Assembly: GCA_046704725.1 (NCBI GenBank)
Contig: JBJKRI010000005.1
Span: 32,001-96,000 of the forward strand
DNA length: 64,000 bases
Source: Candidatus Woesearchaeota archaeon
GTDB taxonomy: Archaea > Nanobdellota > Nanobdellia > Woesearchaeales > SKIA01
Direction: 5' to 3'
The position numbers and the translations under genes are program-made. Below the pieces are notes generated by a model. It saw nothing but the letters and a program-made list of their open reading frames with translations, searched no databases and was not told where the DNA came from. Shown in pieces: positions 57,237-64,000 of this stretch. Numbering within the stretch: position 1 is the stretch's first letter; each line of letters starts with the position of its first letter.

Positions 57237-58104
57237 GCTCGTGCGCTGCGAGGTTGCGTGAGACCGTCTGGTAGACGTCCTGCACGGCTGGGACGAGATT
57301 GCGCAACGCGCGCACGAACGATTCGGGGCGATCCTCCCACTGTACGGCCCTGTAGAGCAGGTCGGCGACCGTTCCGCGGAAGCTGCGCGGAAGGTCATCA
57401 CGCCCTTTCGCCATCCGTATCGTCGTGAAGGAATCGTAGGACGTCGAGAACCAGTGCTTCCTCTGGGCGTGGGTGGTGGTGAGGACGGTGAACAGATCAG
57501 CATCATCGTGCGCGGCGGTCACCTGAAGCTCGCTTCCATCGTGGATGCCCACGGTGTACGAGATACCCTCCTGCTCGCTGACCATCGGGGAGAGATCCCT
57601 ACCAACGCCCTGCAGGACCGCAGTGAGCGGCCCATGATAGAGCGACTGGACACGCTCCAGGTCCATGGGGAGCGTCGATGGCTCCTCGAGCGACTGCCCC
57701 GCAGGGACCATGGACTCGAGATTGCGCTGCAACGCGTCGCGGACGGACCGGTACGCCTCGGGCAGGCCCGCGATGCTGCGGGCAGTGTCCGTGCCCTCCT
57801 GCGCGAGTTCCCAGACCGCATCGCTGAAGGATATCGGATGGTGCTGTGGGAAACGGACGCGGAGATGGGGGCTGCGCCCGGTGCGCGACTCCACATCGAA
57901 CAGCCGTTCCTCGCCCTCGAGCACCTCGGCGTAAAGCACGTAGCTCTGGCCGTGCGGCTTGCCGTTCCAGACGATGCGGCGCTCATCCTGCCGCAACGCG
58001 AACGGACCGATCTGGTCCCCGAGATATGCCGCCGTCTTCTCCGCTTCCTCACGCACAGCGTCCTCGATGGTCTGTACGCGTCCGGCCAGGGTCTGTTCTT
58101 CCAT
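57211..58104 (-). CDS. Hypothetical protein
   Basis: 297-aa ORF; TATA-like TTTAGAA about 30 nt upstream on the minus strand. Confidence 0.55.
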   Translation of the reverse strand: MEEQTLAGRVQTIEDAVREEAEKTAAYLGDQIGPFALRQDERRIVWNGKPHGQSYVLYAEVLEGEERLFDVESRTGRSPHLRVRFPQHHPISFSDAVWELAQEGTDTARSIAGLPEAYRSVRDALQRNLESMVPAGQSLEEPSTLPMDLERVQSLYHGPLTAVLQGVGRDLSPMVSEQEGISYTVGIHDGSELQVTAAHDDADLFTVLTTTHAQRKHWFSTSYDSFTTIRMAKGRDDLPRSFRGTVADLLYRAVQWEDRPESFVRALRNLVPAVQDVYQTVSRNLAAHEPRAVRTSR

Positions 58105-58184
58105 CGGTCACGCATGCTCTTCGCATTCTAAACCCTTGTGGAAAACCGACGGCTTCTTAAACGCGGAGCGTGTCGAGAAGGCTC

Positions 58185-59348
58185 ATGGCGTCGTTTCTCG
58201 CGCAGCACTGGCTGGTCATCAGCTTCTACGCGCTGGTCATCGGCGCTGTCATCATCTTCCGCAAGAAATTCGAGTGGCAAGGAAAGATCGTCGCCCTGCT
58301 CCGGACGAACTGGGGGATACGCTGGATGGAGCGCACCGGGCAGAAGCACGCGAGGCTCATCCGCGTGCTGGGGACGATCGGCATCTACGTCGGCTTCGCG
58401 GGGATGCTCGCCATCCTCGCCATGCTTGTGTACGGCTTGTGGGAGCTCATCGTCAATCCGGCCGCGCCGCCCATCATCACCCCTGTATTGCCGGGAGTGC
58501 AGGTGCCCGGCAGCCCCATCGCCTTCCCCTTGTTCCAGACGCTCATCGCCTTGTTCATCGTGATCGTCGTGCACGAGTCGTCGCACGGCCTTGTCGCGGC
58601 GGCGCACGGCATGAAGGTGGAGAGCAGCGGGATATTGATACTCGGGCCCATCTTCGGGGCGTTCGTCGAGCCCGACGAGAAGCAACTCACCAAGAAGAAG
58701 CACCGCGTCCAGCAAGGGGTCTTCGCGGCGGGGCCGTTCAGCAACATCATCCTCGCTATCGTGCTCTTGGGCATCTGGATCGGTGGATTGTGGGTGGCGG
58801 GAAGCGCGATCGCCGCGACCGGGCTCACCTTCAGCTCTGTCGTTCCCGGTTCTCCCGCGGAGCACGCTGGCCTGGTGCCGGGACAGACATACATCAGGGC
58901 GGACAACCAGTCATTGACGAACAACTCCTTGACGACGATACTCGCCGCCACCAAGCCCAACGACACCTTCACCATGTCGACGGCGACGCATACCTATACG
59001 ATCACGCTCGGCGAGCGCTCCGACGCGAAAGGGCAATCCTGGATCGGCATCGACGGCGTGCGGACGGTATTGCAGGACGAGAGCAGCTGGGGCTGGCTCT
59101 ACGCGGTCATCAGCTGGGTGCTCGGCGTCTTCTACTGGGCGTTCATCCTGTCGCTGGGGCTCGGATTGGCGAACCTGTTGCCGCTGGGACCGGTGGACGG
59201 CGGGCGGATGCTGCAACTGAGCCTGCGCGAATGGCTGGGCAAGAAGCGCGGCGACGCGGTGTGGGCGAAGACGAGCTTCATCGTGCTCGGCGTGGTGCTC
59301 TTGCTGCTTCTCGTGCCGATCATCCGCGCTCTTGTGACGGGCGCCTAA
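58185..59348 (+). CDS. Site-2 protease (M50) with PDZ-like domain
   Basis: VHESSH; GAFVEPDE; AGPFSN; NLLPLGPVDGG. Confidence 0.93.
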   Translation: MASFLAQHWLVISFYALVIGAVIIFRKKFEWQGKIVALLRTNWGIRWMERTGQKHARLIRVLGTIGIYVGFAGMLAILAMLVYGLWELIVNPAAPPIITPVLPGVQVPGSPIAFPLFQTLIALFIVIVVHESSHGLVAAAHGMKVESSGILILGPIFGAFVEPDEKQLTKKKHRVQQGVFAAGPFSNIILAIVLLGIWIGGLWVAGSAIAATGLTFSSVVPGSPAEHAGLVPGQTYIRADNQSLTNNSLTTILAATKPNDTFTMSTATHTYTITLGERSDAKGQSWIGIDGVRTVLQDESSWGWLYAVISWVLGVFYWAFILSLGLGLANLLPLGPVDGGRMLQLSLREWLGKKRGDAVWAKTSFIVLGVVLLLLLVPIIRALVTGA

Positions 59349-59662
59349 GAATCCTGTCCGTTCACCGCCTCGATGACGCGGTCGTCGCCTTTCGGCTTGG
59401 CCTCGGGTCCGAGCTTGTAGATGATGCGTTCGGCCGAAGGCCCCCAAGAATACTCTCCCGTGTCTTTTTCGACACGGACCTTGACGAACTCTCCGAGCTC
59501 GCTTCCCTTGCGCAGGTGGTAGTACATGCTGCGTAACGTGACGGGCGGGAAGACTTGCTTGTACACCTTGTAGATCTGATAGCCGTACGCTTCGCCGAGG
59601 ACGAAGAGAATCTCTATCATGTTCTGCCGGATGTCCGATTGGACCGGTCTTCCTCGCTTCAT
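59345..59662 (-). CDS. Winged-helix (PadR-like) DNA-binding protein
   Basis: RGRPVQSDIRQ...YGYQIYK...RSMYYHL...YKLG. Confidence 0.75.
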   Translation of the reverse strand: MKRGRPVQSDIRQNMIEILFVLGEAYGYQIYKVYKQVFPPVTLRSMYYHLRKGSELGEFVKVRVEKDTGEYSWGPSAERIIYKLGPEAKPKGDDRVIEAVNGQDS

Positions 59663-59827
59663 TCCGTATGCACTCCCGCCGCGCACGGTATAAAAAAATA
59701 TGTGTAGTGGACGTCCAGGTTATTTTTCCATACGACCCCGTTTGCGCACGTGAGATTGCCGAATTCGCGGGACTGAAAGCTTTTCGGCATTGACGAAAAA
59801 CGTATCTTGGGGCGGGAAAGCCCCCAC

Positions 59828-61576
59828 TCAGAACTCCTTGACGAAGCGCTGGGCGGTCTCGAGCGCGAGGGCGACCTGGTCGGGGGCGGGGTCGTCAAAA
59901 CTGTCGCGCATCTCCCACAACGACAGGATGCGCTGCTTGTAAGGGACAGAGCGTTTCTGCGCGACGAGCTGCACGAGCGCGTCGAAATCCTCGGGCTGGT
60001 CGTCGTCGCGCAGCCATTCACGCATGGTGCGCTCGATCGCGTCGAGCGCCTGGTTGAGCATATCGGTAGCGAGGTTGCGCGTCTCCTCGAGGGACTCCGA
60101 CGCGGACATGTCCTCGTCCCCATCGGCTTCCTCATCCTCGTCGTCCCCATCGGCTTCCTCATCCTCGTCGTCCTCATCGGCCTCCTCGTCTTCAGGCTCA
60201 TCGGCTTCCTCATCCTCGTCGTTGTACTCCTCTTCGTCACCCTCTTCCGACTCTTCGTCTTGGGGGGCTTCTTCGTCACCTTCTTCGTACTCTTCGGCAT
60301 CCTCGTCGTCCAGGTCTTCCTCGTCGTACGCTTCAGCGTCCTCCTCGTCCTGAGGGATCTCCTCATCCGTTTCTTCGTCGAGGCCTTCCTCCGGTTCGTC
60401 CTCCTCGTCAGCAGGTGGCTCCTCGGCTTCCTCTTCTTGGTCGGGCTCCTCTTCGATGTCGGGCTCCTCTTCCTCGTCGGCAGGATTCTCGACCGAGGGT
60501 TCCTCGGGTTCCGGTTCGGCGGGCTCGGTCTCGGGCTCTTCGAAATCCATGGTCTCCACCGATTCGCTCCGGACGTCCTCCTCGACGCTCTCGCGCACGA
60601 GCTCCTCGGCCTCGGGGACTTCCTCCGGTTCCGGAGCGGCCTGCTCGTCCAGATCAACGATCTCTATCGCGGGTTCGGGTACAGCTTGCTCTTCAGGCTC
60701 CGGCTCGGGGGCCGGACGGTCGAGGGGTTGTGAATCGGACGGGAACGAGAGCAGGTACTGCTTCTCGGCCGACGCGCCGAAGACGGCGGCGTCCTCGCCG
60801 CACTTCTTGGCGTCGCCGGCGATGCGGCGTACGAAGTCATCGGTGAGCTTCTGGCTGCCGCGGTCGCGAGGGGCGGTGCGGGCGATCTCGCCCGTGCGTG
60901 GATTGCGATAGACCATGCTGTCCTGCTTGCCGATATTGCGGTCGAGGATGCGGAGCGTGTTGCCATCCACGAGATAGCTGTCGCCCACCTCCTCCTCGCC
61001 CACGAGACGTCCCCAGCCAAGGCCGGCGCGCACGGTGATGGACTGCCCGATCGTCACGCGCGCGGACACCGTGACGGGGGGCATGCGGTAGAAGACGATG
61101 CACGCCTTGACCGGGCCGCTCGGGTACGGGCTGGTGAAGACGCGGGACCAGAGCTGACGGACCGCGTCCGCCAGGGCCTTGATGCCGGTGATGTTGATGA
61201 TGACCGCGTCCTGTCGCAGGGCGGCGTCGGTGTAGAGCGTGGCGACCAGCGGCACTTCCGAGACGCTCATGTCCTGGCGGTGCAGCCCGAGGACCTCGAC
61301 GACCTCCGTGAGGACGGTCCCGACCTCGTCGGGGATGCGTCCGGTGACCACGCGACGCTTGATCTCCGCGTCCACGCGTTTCTGCGAGGGCTCGTCGGTC
61401 ACCGCCTCGATGAGGGACGCGACCTCTTTGCCGGTCCCCGAACGGTCGAGATAGCGTTCCAGCGCCTCGGGGCCGAGGACGAGGCCTGACTGGCCGAGCG
61501 CGTGCGCCGCGCGGACGAATCGGTGTGCCCGTTGGGGCAGTTCCTGCTGGAGTGCTTCGGTGTAGGAAAAGAGCAT
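59828..61576 (-). CDS. PEP-synthase N-terminal-like domain fused to a long D/E-rich tract and a short helical C-terminal domain
   Basis: LNI-like INITG, ALADAVRQLWS, AGLGWGRLVG..DSYLVD, QKLTDD; no His-phosphocarrier or PEP domain; about 200-aa acidic region. Confidence 0.65.
   Translation of the reverse strand: MLFSYTEALQQELPQRAHRFVRAAHALGQSGLVLGPEALERYLDRSGTGKEVASLIEAVTDEPSQKRVDAEIKRRVVTGRIPDEVGTVLTEVVEVLGLHRQDMSVSEVPLVATLYTDAALRQDAVIINITGIKALADAVRQLWSRVFTSPYPSGPVKACIVFYRMPPVTVSARVTIGQSITVRAGLGWGRLVGEEEVGDSYLVDGNTLRILDRNIGKQDSMVYRNPRTGEIARTAPRDRGSQKLTDDFVRRIAGDAKKCGEDAAVFGASAEKQYLLSFPSDSQPLDRPAPEPEPEEQAVPEPAIEIVDLDEQAAPEPEEVPEAEELVRESVEEDVRSESVETMDFEEPETEPAEPEPEEPSVENPADEEEEPDIEEEPDQEEEAEEPPADEEDEPEEGLDEETDEEIPQDEEDAEAYDEEDLDDEDAEEYEEGDEEAPQDEESEEGDEEEYNDEDEEADEPEDEEADEDDEDEEADGDDEDEEADGDEDMSASESLEETRNLATDMLNQALDAIERTMREWLRDDDQPEDFDALVQLVAQKRSVPYKQRILSLWEMRDSFDDPAPDQVALALETAQRFVKEF
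60110..60222 (+). repeat. 27-bp tandem repeat encoding DDEDEEADG units
   Basis: CATCGGCTTCCTCATCCTCGTCGTCC(C/T) twice in tandem plus degenerate copies. Confidence 0.75.
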
Positions 61577-61600
61577 GCGGCGTTCGCTCCGATATCGTAT

Positions 61601-62443
61601 TTAATGGTTGTGTAGCGCGAGCCGCTCGAGCTCTTCCTGGCGTCGCTTGGCGTCCATCGCGGGACGGTATAGGTTCCAGAAGACGCGCGACAACCACTGC
61701 ACCCATGACGGGTCGCGCACCGCATAGGTGATGCGCAGATCCTCCTCGAGCTCTCCGGCACGATACGTGGAGGCGTGTTCCTCGTCGGTGAAGCGCGCGT
61801 ACGAGCCGTCGATGAGAAAACCACGCAAGGGTTGCTCCGCGTGGCGGATCTCGACACGCTCGGGGTGTTTCTTTCCGAGGGCGTGGACGGGCGCGAGGTT
61901 CGAAAGGCCGCCGAAGGAGACGCGCGTGAGGATGCGGAGCGTGACGCCACGCCCGACCAGGCGTGCGAGCACGTCTGCCACGCTCGTGCCGCCGGCATGG
62001 GCCTTGAGCACGGACAGGTTCCCGCTGAAGACGAGCAACTGCCGCTCGCACGACTCGAGATCGCGTATGATGCCTGCTGCGGCATTCTCAGAGAGCGGCT
62101 GGGCGCGGGCCGTCTTCTGCGCGTCGTCCGCCCACTGGTAGATGTCGAAGAAGCGGAAGTCCCGCTTGGCGGTGCCTGAGCGGATGCGCTTGTAGAGCTC
62201 TTTCTCCAGCTCGTCGCGCATGGGACGGTCGGCGTGGTCGTAATAGACGAGCTTGAGGGCGCCGCGCGTGCCCTTGCGGAAGACCTTGATGCGCAGCACG
62301 CCGGTGCGCTCGGCGATATCCTGCACGTAGCGCTCGGCGGTCACCCAGGAGCGCTCGATGCGGCGGGCCACCTCGCTGATGGCCCTCGGCTCCTTGCGCA
62401 CGAAGCCGATGATGGCCTCCTGCTCCTCCTGGCTGACGCCCAT
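61601..62443 (-). CDS. TrmB-like regulator (N-terminal HTH, C-terminal PLD-like effector domain)
   Basis: PRAISEVARRIERSWVTAERYV; LLVFSGNL; RGVTLRILTR; LRGFLID. Confidence 0.7.
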   Translation of the reverse strand: MGVSQEEQEAIIGFVRKEPRAISEVARRIERSWVTAERYVQDIAERTGVLRIKVFRKGTRGALKLVYYDHADRPMRDELEKELYKRIRSGTAKRDFRFFDIYQWADDAQKTARAQPLSENAAAGIIRDLESCERQLLVFSGNLSVLKAHAGGTSVADVLARLVGRGVTLRILTRVSFGGLSNLAPVHALGKKHPERVEIRHAEQPLRGFLIDGSYARFTDEEHASTYRAGELEEDLRITYAVRDPSWVQWLSRVFWNLYRPAMDAKRRQEELERLALHNH

Positions 62444-62529
62444 GCAACCTTACACCCCTCATATAATAAAACACTTTCTATAATTATTTAGACTAATCAA
62501 GATATTCAGTGAATCTATATGTATAAGGT

Positions 62530-63555
62530 ATGGCAGAACTGTACGGCATCAGCGGAACCACATCCAGCGGCAAGACGACACTCATCAAACACCTCCAAGC
62601 GCGAGGCTACCCGGTCGCGCACGAATCGGCGACCACAATTATCGAAGAAGGATACCATCCGGCGAACGACTTCCACGACTTCGAACGACGCGTCCTGGAC
62701 CTGTCGATCGAACGGACGCTCGCGGTGCAGGACCTGGAAGGACCGGCCTTCCTCGACAGGCCCATAGCGGATATCATCGCGTACTACGGACTGGCCGGAG
62801 AACCGGTGCCCCCGACGGTGATCGAGGCGGCGGAGAAGTACATGCCGCGGCGTGTCCTCTTCTTGAGCGCGCTCCCCCTCGAGGACAACGGTATACGATA
62901 CGAGGACGAGGAGGGGCAGCGCCGGCTCGACAAAGAGCTGCGCCGCGTCTACGACTGGCTCGGAGCGGACGTCGTGGAGATACCCGCACCCTGGCGCGGG
63001 AGCGTGGATGCGAGCGTCGAGGCGCGCGCCGAGCTCGTCTTGTCGAACATCCTGCCTGACACGGGAGAGGAGATCGAACAGCTCTACCGAGCCTCGCATG
63101 AGGACGTGCGCACGCGTCTTTCCCACTATGCTGTCCGGTCTACGGACGAGACGGAGGAGCGCACGCAATTGTACGACTTCAACGGACGCTTGGCGAGGAG
63201 GGGCGAGCGACTGCGCGTGCGCTGGGGCGACGGCGTCGAGCTCACATACAAGACCGCCATGGACGGCAGGGACGTGAAGCGACGAAAAGAGGTCACGCTC
63301 GTGCGCGGACCCCTGGCGCGCTTCGCCGCGCTCGTGCTGCCAAAAGACGTCGCGTACCTGAACCACACGCAGACCTACCGTCCGGTCGGTGACGACGGCT
63401 GCAATATCTGCCTCGACCGCGTGGCAGGCCTAGGGGAGTTCGTGGAGGTCGAGGCCCGCAGCGAGCACCAACTGCTCTTGTGGCGGGAGCGGCTCGGACT
63501 CTCAGAACCCATCAGTCACGGCTACGCGGAGATGGTGCGGAAGGCGCGCGCATGA
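62530..63555 (+). CDS. AAA_28/NadR-like P-loop kinase fused to a CYTH domain
   Basis: GTTSSGKTT; FLDR..D; C-terminal EIEQ...LRVR...LTYK...RKE...ICLDRVAGLGEFVEVE. Confidence 0.8.
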   Translation: MAELYGISGTTSSGKTTLIKHLQARGYPVAHESATTIIEEGYHPANDFHDFERRVLDLSIERTLAVQDLEGPAFLDRPIADIIAYYGLAGEPVPPTVIEAAEKYMPRRVLFLSALPLEDNGIRYEDEEGQRRLDKELRRVYDWLGADVVEIPAPWRGSVDASVEARAELVLSNILPDTGEEIEQLYRASHEDVRTRLSHYAVRSTDETEERTQLYDFNGRLARRGERLRVRWGDGVELTYKTAMDGRDVKRRKEVTLVRGPLARFAALVLPKDVAYLNHTQTYRPVGDDGCNICLDRVAGLGEFVEVEARSEHQLLLWRERLGLSEPISHGYAEMVRKARA

Positions 63556-63911
63556 GCTGGAGGGAAGCCCGCATCGTCAGCGGTATCGTCGAGGACGTCA
63601 CAGGCTCGCATGGATCACTGGAGCTCACGGTGCGCGACGGGGAGAAGACGCAATGCGCGAGCATCCCGTCAAGCATCAAGACGGCGTTCGACGCCCTGCC
63701 CTACAGGGAGTTCTTCGTCGGCGAACTGGTATGGTACGCGGCCGGGACGCTCGTGCAGCACGGCATGGGCATGACCGGATACACGAGCACCACGGAATAC
63801 GAACGCCTGGAGCTGCGGACAGGACCGCACGCAGGGATGGCTTACACAAGACCCGACCATGGGGAGCGCTTCTGGGAGTGGGAGGGTTTTGCCGAGCTGA
63901 GTCGCGCGTAG
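63552..63911 (+). CDS. Hypothetical protein
   Basis: ATGA overlap with the upstream gene; GC3-biased codons. Confidence 0.5.
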   Translation: MSWREARIVSGIVEDVTGSHGSLELTVRDGEKTQCASIPSSIKTAFDALPYREFFVGELVWYAAGTLVQHGMGMTGYTSTTEYERLELRTGPHAGMAYTRPDHGERFWEWEGFAELSRA

Positions 63912-64000
63912 TGTCCACTGGACTGGCACGCACGAAAGGGTTATGGCCTGCAGGGGCTCTGAGGGGTCCGTGCAGGCCGTTCGTCCCTCCGGAAGAGCAC

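Noticed and set aside
60110-60540. Short repeats as a CRISPR array
   Set aside because: They are in-frame coding repeats of the acidic tract, with no unique spacers and no cas genes.
14031-63911. Bacterial origin of the contig (because of the sigma factor, PrsA, M23/SLT)
   Set aside because: radA, radB, aIF5A, rpl40e, aMBF1, archaeal S2 and TATA promoters throughout indicate an archaeon.

Overview
High-GC archaeal chromosomal window. radA, radB, RPA, rps2, aIF5A, rpl40e, aMBF1, TATA-driven leaderless genes and overall gene content point to a DPANN lineage, most likely Woesearchaeota/Nanoarchaeota (inferred, not database-checked). The standout is a co-directional cluster of 19 type IV pilin-like genes (2636-13978). 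It ends in a pilin-signal protein fused to an M23 peptidase and a soluble lytic transglycosylase (two peptidoglycan hydrolases) and includes mini-pilins whose heads carry a beta-defensin-like six-cysteine pattern, suggesting a contact-dependent, bacteria-targeting pilus. Other notable items: a full-length bacterial-type ECF sigma factor; a structured 5' leader ahead of the radA operon; a four-gene putative surface-filament locus (45555-53758) in which three proteins share one domain, preceded by a 45-aa IS1634-N-terminus-like ORF; an intein-containing HerA/DUF87 ATPase; a glycosylation cluster; and a PEP-synthase N-domain fused to a long acidic tract. No rRNA, tRNA, CRISPR array or intact transposase was seen. 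All product calls come from motif recognition by eye.
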